Assembly (NCBI GenBank): GCA_043228905.1
Contig: JBHGNT010000002.1
Coordinates: forward strand, 12,400,001-12,464,000
Direction of reading: 5' to 3'
DNA length: 64,000 bases
DNA from: Azolla caroliniana
Lineage: Eukaryota > Plantae > Polypodiophyta
Positions 1-13,620 of the stretch are shown piece after piece; position 1 is the first letter of the stretch; the number at the start of each line of letters is the position of its first letter. The translations under genes and the position numbers were made by a program. The notes below the pieces were generated by a model. That model was not told where the DNA came from. It saw nothing but the letters and a program-made list of their open reading frames with translations, and did not search any database.

Positions 1-3000
1 TAGCAGAACGGCGTGGCCGAGCGGAAGAATTAGACAATCGAAGAGGCGACAAGGGCGATGCTTGAAGAGAAGCATTTGCCGAAGTTCTATTGGGCGAAAG
101 CGGTCAGAACAGTTGTCTACCTACAGAATCAGACTTTTGCCAATGGAGGAGTGTCACCAAATGAGTTGTACTTCGGCAAAAAGCCGAACTTGGCACACTT
201 GAAGGTTTTCGGTAGCATAGCGTATGTGCATGTGCTGAAGGAGACACGGAGGAAGTTGGACGCCAAAGTCGAGAAGTGTATCCTGGTTGGGTACTCGGAG
301 GAACATAAGGGTTATAAGTGTTATAATCCCCGAACCAAACAAGATCGTGTAAGTCGAGATGTCGTGTTCGACAAGTCCGTTTCGTGGTACTTGTCTTTGA
401 CCCCAATATCCAATGACTCCACTCCGAATTCTGAAGAAGAGGTCAACGAGGTTGAGATGCCTTCGTGCGATTTAGGAAATCGAAGCTCTAGGAGAGAGTC
501 CGATCTCTTTTCGGCTAAGTGGGCCGAGTGAGGGGTTGAGCCGAGATGGTCAATCGTGTGAAGAGCCGGCGAGTAGTGGAGACTCGCCCGTGTTGTCCCT
601 GCGTAAGCAACCGAGGAGACAGTTTACATGTAGAGAGAAGGGGGAAGAAGAAGATGTTGGAGTACGAGTTCGGCAGTGCCGAGTCAGATTGGAGCGAACC
701 TGACTTCGGGCCAATTGAAAAAGAAACTTTGTGTAAGAGGTTGAAGTCGGCCGAGATGGTCGCGAAATCGGCTAATCACGAATTACGCTGATCTACTTGC
801 CTAAAGAACCCTGTAAAGAGATATGGGTATAATGAGTACATGGCACACCATTATGCGTACATGACGCGAGTGGCGGAAGTGCATGAGCTGGAGAGCTACG
901 TAAAAGCGATGGAAGACGCAAACTAGCATGCCGCGATGGAGGAAGAGATGCGTGAGTTATCGGATAACAAGACTTCGGACCTGGTTGACGCATTGAAGGG
1001 TGTGAAGCCAATCGTATGCAGATGGGTGTATATGGTCAAGTACAACACCGACGCCTCTGTCAACCGCTACAAGGCCTGATTAGTGGTGAAAGGCTACGTG
1101 CAGAAGCACGACGTGGATTATGAAGAGATCTTCGCGCCGATCGCGAAGATTACCACCATGCGTGTTCTGCTAGCCGTAGCAGCGGCGAAGCGGTGGCATC
1201 TACATCAGATGGATGTGAAGAATGCGGTCCTGCAAGGTGACCTTGAGGAGCAGGTGTACATGGTACAACCCCCCGGATTCTTATCCGAACATAACACTTC
1301 GGCAGTGTGCTGATTGAAGAAGTCGTTATATGAACTTATAGTAAGCCCCGCGAGCTTGGAATGTGAAGATTACACAACGGTTGTGTAAGATGGGGTTTGC
1401 GCCATCGAAATCGGACTCTTCATTGTTCGTTCGGCAAGGTTGATATGGACTAGTTTTTCTTTTACTTTATGTTGATGATTTAGTCATCGTCGGTGTCGAT
1501 CTAGATGAAATCGGTCGCGTAAAGTTTCAGCTTGCGGCATCATTTGACATGAAGGATCTTGGAGACCTTCATTGCTTCCTTGGGATCGAAGTGATCCGCA
1601 CCTGGAAGTCATATTGATCAGCCAATGTCATTACGTGCTAAATATGCTCTTCAAGTTCAAGATGGCAGATTGTAAGCCCGTCTCGACCCCTCTGGATAGA
1701 AACTTCAAGCTTCGCCAAGATTTGAGAAAGGCGTGCGACCCAACACGGTTCCAACAAATTGTCGGAAGCCTAATCTATTTGACGATCACTCGACCGGATC
1801 TCAGCTACCTGGTCGGCCTCATCAGTCAATTTATGCTGCAACCCACGACCGAACCTTTTAGTGTGTGCAAAGGATACTGCGATATGTCAACAACACTAAA
1901 GACATGGTGTTGTTGTGTCGGGCAGGCGTAGTCGAACAGTTAGTTGGCTACACGGATGCGGATTGGGCCAGAAATGCCAACGATCATAGATCCACATCTG
2001 GATACATATTGTCAATGGAATGTGCGGCGATCCCGTGGAGCAGTAAGAAGCAGCTAACAGGAGCATTGTTGAGCACGAAGGCCAAATATCGAGGGGCGAT
2101 TGTTGCTATGTGCAAAGTCATTTGGCTAAAATGGCTATTACGGGATCTGCATGTGAAGGTGTCCGCTCCGACGAAGATCTATTGCGACAACCTCAGCAAC
2201 ATCCAACTTGTGAAAAACCCCGTATTTCATGCTCGGACCAAGCACACTGAGGTGCATTACCATTTTGTCCGTGAGCATTTCCTTTCCGGTGAAGTCGAAC
2301 TAGTGTATGTTCCGACAGGTCGACAGATTGCCCACGTATTCACCAAGCCGCTAGGTCTCGACAAGTTACGTCAATTCTCAGATGCGCTTGGGTTACGCCA
2401 CCTGAACTTTAGGGGGAGACAAGAACAAGAGCGTAACCTTGAAAGGAGTGGAAGTGATCACCGCATGCCGAGTCGGATGAAGAATTCGATTTCGGGTCAG
2501 TTAAAAAGGCCAAAGATGAGTACAGGGCCGTAACCGCAGGGAAGAGCCAAAGACAACCGAAAAGGGGGGCGATAAGGCCAAGACCAAGACGTGGTCTGAC
2601 ATTGTCAAAGGCCTAAAGAGTGAAGATGAATTGGAGCTAGCCAATTCAGAAGTAAGCGGAAATGAATCGGAAGTGACCGATTCAATCGAAATGTTCGATT
2701 CGGACATGCCGAATCAACTGAGGGCCAAGGGGAGGAAAGGGCAGCGAAAGAAGCGCCAACACCGTGACAGCAAGGGAGCTAAGAAAGGCCACACAAGTAG
2801 ACAAGCCGACCAGAAGGGTCGAGGCGCGAAAAATCGAATGGGTCGAGGAGTGCGTGCGAGGCGTGAAGCTAGGAGAAGATCTGGAAGAGCAAGCAGAACC
2901 TCAAGTTAAGCTTCAGGGGGAGTGTTAAATACAAGCTCAACATTGGGTGCGTAAACGGGTGTGTAACCCAGTGCGTAGACTGGTTGCGTAAAACCATACG

Positions 3001-3366
3001 CACAAAGGCCGTAATGGTGCGTAAGCCGAGAGGCCGTTAGAGCATTATTCCTCGTAAGGAATAATTTTGGGAGTTAGTGTAGGAAGCTCATTAATGAGAA
3101 TTGATTTATGTGTCATTACTCTGACAATACTTCTGTCTATCCATCAAGACTTGTATAAAAAGCACCAATTGAGCGCATCTTGTATAGAGTGACTGAGAGT
3201 TATTTTTGAATCTAAGTTTTGTGTATTCTGCTCACTCTCTCTCTCATTCTCTGTCTCTCTTGCATACGTTGTGTTGTGTTCAAAGCTTTCCATTAAACCT
3301 TCTCTTCATCATCTGTGTTACAGGGTTGTGTCTGTTACACTTCCACACACATGCTATTCTTTTACA
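1..3366 (+). mobile_element. Decayed Ty1/copia LTR retrotransposon, 3' half (integrase C-terminus, RT, RNase H, 3' spacer, PPT, 3' LTR)
   Basis: ORF fragments carry copia motifs: HLKVFGSIAYVHV...KCILVGY...GYKCYNP (integrase), HQMDVKNA and LLYVDD (RT), GYTDADWA...RSTSG and CDN...FHARTKH (RNase H). Many stops and frameshifts. PPT ttcagggggag at ~2912-2922. Confidence 0.93.
2923..3366 (+). repeat. 3' LTR of the copia element
   Basis: Starts TGTTAAA right after the PPT and ends TTTACA; TATAAAA near 3154 and a CT-rich tract; gypsy integrase sequence resumes immediately after. Confidence 0.75.
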
Positions 3367-4142
3367 CTTTTTAAGTCCTCGAACACATTGGTTCATCAGC
3401 GTATCATCTTGCTCTTCCCAATGGCATTGAAATCCATCCAGTTTTTAAAAGAACTTTTAGGTTTTGGCAACAATACATTTACAACTGAAACTCTAGTTAC
3501 TTCTGAAGAATTATCTTCTAAACCACATGTACCAGAAAGAATTCACAATGTTAAAACAAAAAATTTGCGACTAAAATAATACGAGAATTTAAAATTAAAT
3601 GGATAGATAAATCTACGTGAAAATACTCTTAGAACTAACTTCCCTAACTTTCCATTGCGAGACTGCAATGTTTTAAAGAGGGGGGGGAGTATATTATGGG
3701 CATTACCATATAATATCCCATGGTGAGAATTTACCGTAGTATTCTATACACGTGAATAAAGTGAGGGTTAAACAAGATTGTAAAGAAGGGGAGGATTACT
3801 TTTAATACTCAGGATTGAGAGAACCCATTAGGCCAAGTTTGAGCTTGCCTGGGGCCTTGGGTCTTGCTATAAATATGAGGCCTAGCTACCCTCATTTTAT
3901 CATCTTTTGACTACATCGAAAGTTTGACGTTGTCGTGGGTCAACTCTTGTAGCAAGCATGCAAGCACCAGGTACGACTTGACGCCATGGTGGTGGTTTGG
4001 GACGTCGATCGAGGCTCGAGTCCATCTCGATCCCTTCGCCCAGGGGTGGTTGGGTGGATTGGCCCGCATCTTTCTCTCACCTTTCTTATTTCTTATATCT
4101 TTTATCCTTATCATACGCTTACGTTAGATCATAACTCTAACA
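3367..4142 (+). mobile_element. Older relative of the chromovirus at 16180-23191: integrase/chromodomain tail, PPT and 3' LTR (3692-4142)
   Basis: KVLEHIGSSAYHLALPNGIEIHPVF and [21 protein letters not shown] match the C-terminus of the 1341-aa ORF. The LTR aligns with the reverse complement of 16180-16634 and ends ...CTAACA. Confidence 0.9.
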
Positions 4143-5214
4143 AGAAGGTAGGTAAATCAAGTAGTAGCTTGTACTAAACCCGAGTCTATTTTAGTAGGAG
4201 TGTCTGATAGTCCTAATAGTACTAATAGCTCAAGTCTATTGAGGAAATTTGAAGTCCTTAGTTAGTTAGAAGAAAAGTTGAACAACTACGTCCAGCCAAA
4301 AAAGGGGTCGTTTGGTTTGATAGCCCTAGATATGTGCAACCCATTAGTGGCTCCATTCCCTCTAAGCAAGTTAGCAATGTGTTCTTAGCTCAAGTAATAG
4401 TTAGTACTAAAAGTACCCCTCGAGTACATGTCTTACCACTCTTACAATCTGCAGCCAATTCTTGCTTGGATAGGAATTTTTTCCAAGCTCATCAGATATC
4501 CCTATGAAAGCTTCCTTGCCTAGCATTTGTAGTAGTCGTTGATGGTCACCCCATTGATTCCGAAAATATCGTAGAAGAGTCAAAGACGATTCAGGTTGTC
4601 CTAGATAATTTGGTGTGTATAATATCATTTAATATAATTAGTAGTCAAGAGCACCCAATTGTCTTGGGGTTACCATGGTTCAAATTACATAACCCAGACA
4701 TAGATTGGAGAACAAGAGAAATCCGGTATCGACAAAGCCAAGGACCTACTCATGGAATCTCAACCATTTTGCTACATCAATTGTGTGAGGAAGATTGCAA
4801 TGAATCAATGTTTGTATTCATAGTATCAATAAAACCTTCCAACACCACTAAAGAGGAATCCATAGTTCAACTTCCAAAGAAGTGTCATCATTGTGTTGAC
4901 GTGTTTGATAAGGTACAACCTAGTACTTTTTCTCACCACCAACCGTATGATTGTCCCATTGACTTACAACCAGAAGAAGATCCACCATGGGGACTGATCT
5001 ACAACTTGTCACCAACCAAGCTAAAAGTCCTTTGAGCCTACATAGAGGAGAATTTGGCAAATGGTTTCATTCGACATTTGAAACCTCCAACCGACGCACC
5101 CATTTTCGTTGTCAAGAAAAAGAATGGATCACTTCGTCTCGTCGTGGATTACCGTTGTTGTAGTGTAATTCGCACACTACGTGAAAATTGCATTTTGGTC
5201 CCTCTGGATGGGAC

Positions 5215-5430
5215 AAGGAGGAACCGGTAAGGAGAACCGATGAGAACCAGATGAAGGAGGAACCGGAAAGGAGGAACCGGTAAGGAAAACCGGTGAGAAC
5301 CGGATGAAGGAGGACCCGGTAAGGAGAACCGGATGAAGGAGGGACTGGTAAGGAGACCCGATAAGAACCGGATCAAGTAGAACCGGCAAGAGCCAGAAAA
5401 AGAAGGCCGGTGAGAGTCTCTCACCGGATG
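5215..5430. repeat. AACCGG-containing short tandem repeats inside the solo LTR
   Basis: Repeated ggagaaccggtaa / gaaccggatgaagga units. Confidence 0.85.
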
Positions 5431-5694
5431 AAGTGGCAAATTTGTAAATAGAAGAAAATATTGTTATGTGCATAAGGGAAGATTGGAACCCTATACCTCC
5501 ACATAGACAAACCCCAACCTTACCATTGTACTAACTTATCCTAAGTATTTAAATATCGATTTAATATGTATAAGACCTTTATTTACACCTACCTTTATTA
5601 AAAGGTAAGTCATGCATTTTTAGAATGTGTGAATACTTTATTTATAAGAAAAATGTACATCAATAAAAAATTACTCATGCACATCTAGCGAGCA

Positions 5695-6000
5695 TAAGCA
5701 CTATATTTAGGAAATAAAAGCATAGTGTAAAAATAAACTCATGCACATTTAGTGTGCATGAAGCATGAAGCTATGCTTAGCCTCTTCCATCCTTATATAA
5801 GGAGGAGAGAAAGATGTATGGGGGGTTGTTGATTATTTTTACAAGGATAAGCACTATATTTAGGAAATAAAAGCATAGTGTAAAAATAAACTCATGCACA
5901 TTTAGTGTGCATGAAGCATGAAGCTATGTTTAGCCTCTTCCATCCTTATATAAGGAGGAGAGAAAGATGTATGGGGGATTGTTGATTATTTTTACAAGGA
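5695..6000. repeat. 153-bp tandem duplication inside the solo LTR
   Basis: taagcactatatttagg starts at 5695 and again at 5848 with near-identical following sequence. Confidence 0.9.
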
Positions 6001-7509
6001 TTGACCAATAAAATATATTCGTGGGATTCACGAATTTGTCATCTAAATTGTCTCTTACTATCTAAATATTGATTAAATACACTAAACTCGTGGGATTCAC
6101 GAAATTCATAGCTTACCTCTCTTTCTACCTTTTATTACTAGCCTTATCTCATATTCTTCTTTCTCCTACTCCAAAACCTCAGTGGTTCCCACCCGACTCA
6201 CGCAACGATCCGGAGCTGAAAGGCATGACACCGTGGCTTGAATAAGGTCACCATCAGAAATATGTATGCACTTCCCCTTATCTCGAGTCTTTTAGAAAGC
6301 ATTAATGGTGCAAAGTTCTTCACAAAGATTGACTTACGTGGAGCATATAACCTTGTACGGATCCGACCGGGAGATGATTGGAAGACCATGTTTCGCACCC
6401 GATATAGGCACTTCGAGTATACAGTTATGCCATTCGGTCTCACGAATGTGCCAACAATCTTTCAACACATGGTAAATGATATATTTTGAGATCCCTTGCA
6501 GATTTGTTTGATAATCTACTACTTTATTTGAAGACTCAAGAAGAGCATGATTCTCGGGTACTATTAGTACTAAAACGACTTCGAGAACATGGTCTTTATG
6601 CAAAACGGGAAAAATGTAGTTTTGGGTGCAACCAGGTGGAATTTCTAGGTTATGTCATCTCATCGGAAGGCATCTCTATGGATCCAGCTAAGGTCAAAAC
6701 TGTGGTAGAGTGGCAGACTCCACGTTCGTTGCGATGCGAGATGTGCAATGTTTATTAGGTTTCGCAAATTTCTACCGCAAGTTTATACAAGACTACCCAA
6801 AGCTTATTTTGCCTCTCACACAACTTACCAAGAAGGGGCAATCGTTTGTTTGGTCTAAGGAAGCGGACATCTCTTTTGTGAGTCTTAAGAAAGCATTTAC
6901 ATCAACTCCTATTCTAGGTCACATTGATCCGAAAAAACTGTTCATCATTGAGGTAGGCGCATCGGATTTCGCCCTTGGTAGCATTCTGTCACAACAAGGC
7001 GATGATGAAAAACTACATCCTGTGGTTTTCCACACATGCAAGTTTGAAGCCTCTGAAATCAATTACGAGTAATAGTGGACTCTTTTGCACAATGGAGGAA
7101 CCTTTTAGAGGGATCTTCTCATTAAGTCACCGTATTCAGTGATCACAAAAATCTTGCCTGCTTCCAAAATGCGCATGTATTAAATCGATGACAAGCTTAG
7201 TGGGCCCAATTCCTCACTCATTTCGACTTTAAAATTACATATCATCCTGGGAAGCATCAAGGGAAGGTAGATGCATTATTGTGACGCTCGTATCTAGCAC
7301 CTTGTCCCGGTGATCTAGCATTCGATAATCAAAAGCAAGCAATCCTTGGACCGGCACGACTGCAAGCAATGTAGGTTTTTGACACTCCATTGGATTCTTG
7401 CATTATCGATACTATATGTGAGGAATTGAAGAGAGACGCTTTCTCTCAAGCCATTCTAGTGCAAATTAACCTCTCTTAGGCATCCTGTTCACAGTTGCAA
7501 CAACCACGT

Positions 7510-8955
7510 TGAATATGTTCCTCTATTGGGAACTCGAAGAGTGTTACATTTAAGCATATACAATCATCCACAAAATCTAAAAATAAACCGCATGATGCAA
7601 TACCAAAGGTTGAATATGATGATCAACAGGTTATCCTTGAGCTAGAAGAAGTTGGACAGCAAAGAGATGCTCATGAAGGTGTTGGACAACAAGATGAATG
7701 TACTGAACAACAGAATATACATGTTGAACATCATGGCATACATGGTTTGCAACAGCCAGAAAGTGTTGAAACTGATTTTCCTCCAGATTTTGAACGTACG
7801 TAGGTCTAATCGTTTAAGGAGGCAGGTATATAGATATGACCCCACTTTGCATTATCTCATGTTGTCAGATGAGGGTGAACCTCTTACTTATAAGGACGCA
7901 ATGTCATGTGAACTTAGCAATAAGTGGGAGCTTACAATGCTTAATCTGGAGTTGTACCAAATGGATGCAAAGACTGCTATTTAAGGAGCATTTGGTATGC
8001 AAACTAAACCATAGCCTATATGGCCTAAAACAGGCACCACGGCAATGGTATAAGAAGTTTGATGCTTTTATGGTTTCTCAAGGTTTTAATTGTAGCTATG
8101 TAGATCATTGTTTATACACGAAAAAGGATGTCGATGTAGTCCCATCATACTTGTTCTATACGTGGATGATATGTTGCTAGCTGGGAAAAGAAAGACCAGT
8201 TTTGATGCTCTAAAAGATCAACTGAAATCGATCTTCTCTATGAAAGATTTTGGAGATGTAGAGCATATTTTGGGCATGAGAATAAATAGAAACAGGAAGG
8301 ACAAATTATTGTTTTTGTCACAAGAAAAGTACATTGAAAAAGTGCTTAACATATTTAATATGGCAGAAGCGAAGTCCCTTGGAGTTCCTTAGCCTTCATA
8401 TCTTAAACTTAGCAAGGCTGATGGTCCAAAAGATGAGATGGAAGTCAATGTTATGAAGGGAATTCCTTATGCATCAACATGTGGTTCTCTAATGTATGTT
8501 TTGGTAGCTACTCGTCCAGATATTGCTTATGCAGTGGGAATTGTCAGTCGCTATATGTCTAATCCCGGCAAAGCACATTGGGAGGCTATCAAGTGTGTTT
8601 TCAGGTATCTTAAAGGTACACAGAGAAAATGTTTATGCTATGGGAAGGGTGCATTGAGTTTGTAGGGATATTGCATCATTGTGATGTAGACAGGGCAGGT
8701 GACTTGGATACATGCAAGTCTACTAGCGGGTATATAGTTACAGTTGGTGGTGGAGCACTGTCTTGGTGCTCCCAATGGCAAAAGATTGTAGCACTGATTA
8801 CTACTGAAGCTGAATATATATTTCAGCTATAGAAGCTTCAAAGGAAACTATATGGCTCAATAGATTTGTTGAAGATCTTGGCTGCAAATATTCTCACCAA
8901 AAGTCTTGGCAAAGCTCAACATGCGCATTGCATACAGTTAGTGTGAGTTACTTGA
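7510..8955 (+). mobile_element. Internally deleted copia fragment (RT/RNase H), same family as the element at 13058-13620, 37591-38661 and 43733-45522
   Basis: LYGLKQAPRQW, LYVDDMLL, YASTCGSLMY, TRPDIAYAV, STSGY motifs; near-identical DNA to the reverse complement of those segments. Confidence 0.88.
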
Positions 8956-9289
8956 ATGTTCACATTAGACCTTTAAGTGTGAGGTTGGTAGGTGTAAAGG
9001 TCTGTACTGTAGTTCACAAATTAGGTAATTATTCGTACATGTGAGCATATTGTTCACCTGGACAGGACACCTCCTTTTGTAATGTGAACACACCGGGTTT
9101 TTGTTTTAGAGTTAACTAATATAATAACCTTTTTTCTTGTGTACCAATAAAGTCGGCTGGGTGCACCAAAAATATGTGTGACTCTACTCTCATCTCTACT
9201 ACAATCCTGTTTTCTGAACATCCTCCCTCAATAGCTGCTCCCTCAAACATCCCTCTTTACCTTTATCGCTAAATCACTCTCACTCTCTA

Positions 9290-12200
9290 GAATCTTGGGA
9301 GTGGGGAATCTCATTAACTATGTGTCATGGAGTGTAACTCCTATGACACATGAGTTATGTTACAAGACTTATTAACTATGTGTCATAGAATGTAACTCCT
9401 ATGACACATTAATTATATTACATAGTGGTGGTGTGTAACTCTCTAGTGTGTTTACACACTAGGATGGGTTAAACTTGATTCTCAACATGCCCCTTCAAGC
9501 TCACATTTTGGCATCAATCGACTTTCGGATTTTGGTTGCCTGCCAATTGTTCTTCTCCGTTGGTGTTTTCTTTGATTGGTATCCAGTTCTCTCTTTGTTA
9601 CTCCCCCTCAAGCTTGGCAAGTTAGCGGTCATTAGTCCAAGGTCCGTCGTGAATTTCCAAAGCTTCTCGGATCCAAGGGCTTTCGTGAAGTTGTCGGTTG
9701 TTTGATGGTTCATGTTGATGTGTTGAAGTTCGACATCCTCTGCAAGGACACGTTCTCGGATGAAGTGGTAGTGCACCTCAATATGCTTTGTCTGAGCATG
9801 GAAGACGAGGATTCGAGCAAGATGGATATTGCTGAGATTGTCACAGTAGAGAAGGATCGGATCGATGATGGAGACATCAAGATCCTTCAGTATCCTCTTG
9901 AGTCATATGGCTTCACATGCAACAACAATTGTGCCCTTGTATTCGGCCTCTGTAATGGATAATGCGACGGTCAGCTACTTCTTGTTGCTCCATGATATGG
10001 CTACACTATTGATTGAAAATACGAAGCCCAAAAACGATCATCGGTTCGCTTTGTAGCAGGCCCAATCGGCATCTGTACACCCTTCGAGTCGAATTGACAT
10101 GGCTGACTTATAGAGAATGTCGTAGTCCATCGTTCCACTCATGTATCGTAATACTCACTTAGCACAATCCAAAAGAATATCACGTGGAGTTTGCATGAAT
10201 TTACTAAAGAGGCCGACCGGATAGTTGAGGTCGGGTCGAGTGATCATGAGGTACATAAGACTTCCGACAAGTTGTCGATAGTGTGTCGACTTACACTCTG
10301 TGTTGCCAGAGTCGGCATCCAGTTTGAGGTTTCGGTCAAGAGGGGTAGCGACGGGCTTACACTTTGTCAGCCCAAACTTAAAAACCAGATTGAGGAAATA
10401 GGTCGTTGAGAGATCATGATGTCATCAAAGGTTCGAATTATTTCAACGCCTAGGAAGTAATGAAGCTTTTTCATCTCCGTCATCTTGAATTTTCCGGAGA
10501 GGAGGGACTTGACCTTGTTGATGTCGACTAGTTGCTCACTGCCAATGAAAAGGTCATCCATGTAGAGGATGATGAAAATCGAACTTCCATAATCACTTCT
10601 TACATGGAGAGAGTTGTTAGATTTTGACATTCTGAAGCTGATTCGATGAAGATATTGTGTTATCTTCGAGTGCCATATGCTAGGTGCTTGTTTGAGGCCT
10701 TATAGAGGCTTCTTGAGTCTGCACACCACATGTGGGTGAGTATACGATTCAAATCCAGGTGGTTGTACGATGTATACCTCCTCTTTTAGCTCTCCTTGAA
10801 GAAAGGCATTCTTGAAATCCATCTGATGGAGGTGCCACCCTTTCGTTTCTACAAGCGCTATCAGGGTCCTAACAAATTGTCATCTTTGTTATCGGGGCAA
10901 AGTTCTCTTCATAGTCGACTACATGTGTCTATGCATAACCTTTCGCTATGAGTTGAGCTTTATAATGATTGACGGAGCCATCAACATTATACTTCACCTT
11001 GTATATCCCTTTGCAGCCCGATTGCCTTCTTATGAGGTGAGTGGGGGACAAGATCCCCAGTCTCGTTCTTACTAAGAACTGACATCTCCTCATTCATTGC
11101 TTCGACCTATCGTGGATCTTTAACGGCTTTGACAAAACTTTCTGGCTCTTGAATGGCTGCCACCTTCATCATAAAGGCATTGTGGTATGCCATGTAGTCG
11201 TAGACGAAATCGGTTGACTAGGTTCTTCTCGTGGGTGGAGTGATGAAGGTTTTTGTTTGCCGCTGTGAGCACATTCTTTACTCCGGGTGTCCTCATGTTG
11301 GGAACACCAAAATCGTTGTCAACTGTTTGTGCCAATTCATCTGCATCACTCTCGTCGGAGTGGTTGTCCTCATACTCGGGTATTTTGGCCTTTCCTTTTT
11401 CCGATATCGAACTCTAACATGACATGCTTTGCTCGCTTGTAGCCTCTTGTGGTTTCAATCTGGTTGAGATCGGACTCTCCTTAGGTGTTGCCCTTAGCCG
11501 TTCGTCGTCATCTAGGTTAACTTCAAAATCGACCATGATTTATTAGGGTGAAGTCGGCTCAGGTGCGTACCATGATGCCGATTCATCAAACACGACGTCC
11601 CAACTTACGCGAGCCTTTCGAGTAGATACGTTGAAGCATTTGTAACCTTTCATTTCAAGGGAGTACCCCATGAGGATGCACTTCTCTAATTTTGGGTCAA
11701 GCTTTTGCCACTTCTCATCGGGAATGTGCACGTCTGCAATTGAGCCGAATATCCTTACATGGGATAGATTCAATTTCTTTCCACAGTACTTCTCGTGAGG
11801 GGTAATCGTGCACACTAGATGTACATTGGTTCATTAGCTAGACAACTGTGCATGTTGCTTTAGCACAATATGACTTCGACATTGCTTTTCGTTCAACATG
11901 GCCCTTGCTACTTTGAGGATGTGCCGATTCTTTCATTCAGCTACTTCATTCTATTGCGGTGTATGTCGACATGAAAATTCTCGCTGAAATACTTCTTGTC
12001 AGAGAAAGGCTGAAAATTCGTCAAAGAAATATTGTTCGATTGAAGACATCAAACATGTCAACCCGTTTCTTTTTCAACTCTGCTTTTGAGCTTTTGAAAG
12101 TGTGCGAATACTTCGCTCTTGTGGCGCATCGGATAAATCCAGGTGTGTCTGGAGAAGTCGTCAATGAACAGGAAGTTGTATCAACATCCTCCGAATGTGG

Positions 12201-13057
12201 TTGTCTGTGTCGGTTCCCACACTTCAAAGTGGACTATGTCTAGTAGACCTTTGCTCACATTCCTCTCTTTCGGGAATGGGTGCTGATGTTGCTTGCCGAA
12301 TAGGCGTGCTTCACATACTCCATTGATTTCCTTTTCTTTAAATGTAGGGAGTCTTATAGCGACTCCTTTTGGTTGCATCCCCTTGAGCTTTTGGAGGTTG
12401 ACGTGGCCGATAAATTGCCGATTTCACCTCCTATGAATCGAGAATGAACATTTGGCCCTCTCTTCGCCCGCATGTGATTAGTCAGGCTTCCTTTTCAATG
12501 AAGCAACCAACATGATTGAACCGGCTTGCATGCCCTATTCTACAATTTGGCCAACGAAGACCAAATTCTTCGTTAAGGTCGGTAAATGCAAGACTTTTTT
12601 AATGTATGTCTGATTTCCTTCTTTGATGAATTGGACATTGCCGATGCGCCATATCGGATGAGTGGTATCGTCTCCGGTCTCAACATAGCTAGGTCAATCC
12701 GGCTCTCGCAGGTCTCAAAACCATTGTTGATGAAACGTCACATAGTTCGAGGCACTAGTTGATGAACCATATATCTTCTGGACTAGAGGCACTAGTCGAA
12801 CTAGAGACTACATAGAATTTTCCCTATGTCTTATCAAGAACATTTTACCATGGTCATCATAGTCAGAGTTGGTGGCGTAATTGGTGAATTGTCAGCGGAC
12901 TAACATTTCTTCTTTCGGCACTCCTCTTCATGGGGACCAGTTTTGCCGCAATATCCGCATTGCGGCAAACGTACCTCATGACTTGGTCTTACTGGCTTGG
13001 TTTGGCATGGAACTCCCCCTTTTGCTAAACATACCTCGTGACTTTCCACCGTCTAAC
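9290..13057 (-). mobile_element. Decayed copia element (partial gag, protease, integrase, RT, RNase H, PPT, partial 3' LTR ending at 9487)
   Basis: HYHFIRERV, LYMDDLFI, HVRIFGSIADVHIP...GYKCFN motifs on the minus strand; PPT ttgaaggggca followed by TGTTGAGAATC (minus). Confidence 0.88.
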
Positions 13058-13620
13058 ACGGGAGTACTAATAGACATGCCAAGATCTTCAGCAAGTCTGT
13101 TGAGCCATAGAGTTTCCTTTGAAGCTTCTGTAGCTAAAATATATTCAACTTCAGTAGTAATCAATGCTACAATCTTTTGCAATTTGGAGCACCAAGACAC
13201 TACTCCACCAACAACTATAAGATTATACCCGCTAGTAGACTTGCGTGTATTCAAGTCACCTGCCATGTCACAATATCCCTGCAAACTTAATGCACTCTTC
13301 CCATAGCATAAACATTTTCTCTGTGTACCTTTAAGATACCTGAAAACACACTTGTCACAATGTGCTTTGCCAGGATTAGATGTATAGCTACTGACAAATC
13401 CCACTGCATAAGCAATATCTGGATGAGTAGCTACCATAGATACATTAGAGAACCACATGCTGATCCATAAGGAATTCCCTTCATAGCATTGACTTCCATC
13501 TCATCCTTTGGACAATCAGCCTTGCTAAGTTTAAGATATGAAGGCAAAGGAACGCAAAGGGACTTTGCTTTTGCTATATTAAATCTGTCAATGTACTTTT
13601 CTTGTGACAAAAACAACAAT
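13058..13620 (-). mobile_element. 3' RT/RNase H part of outer copia 'X', which continues at 37591
   Basis: LLFLSQEKYI...STSGY...VSWCSKLQ; joins RNRK at 37591+ to rebuild the RNRKDKLLFLSQ seen intact at ~8285-8320. Confidence 0.82.

Larger units (their letters stand above)
5156..6230. mobile_element. Probable solo LTR (1075 bp) with 4-bp TSD CCGT
   Basis: TG...CA ends; CCGT at 5152-5155 and 6231-6234; removing it restores gat tac cgt ggc ttg aat aag (DYRGLNK) of the host RT. Confidence 0.8.
4143..7508 (+). mobile_element. Decayed Ty3/gypsy pol fragment (protease, RT, RNase H), interrupted by a solo LTR at 5156-6230
   Basis: IVLGLPWFKLHNPDIDW, VVDY|[37 protein letters not shown]...VEFLGY, ASDFALG motifs with stops and frameshifts. 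Confidence 0.9.
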
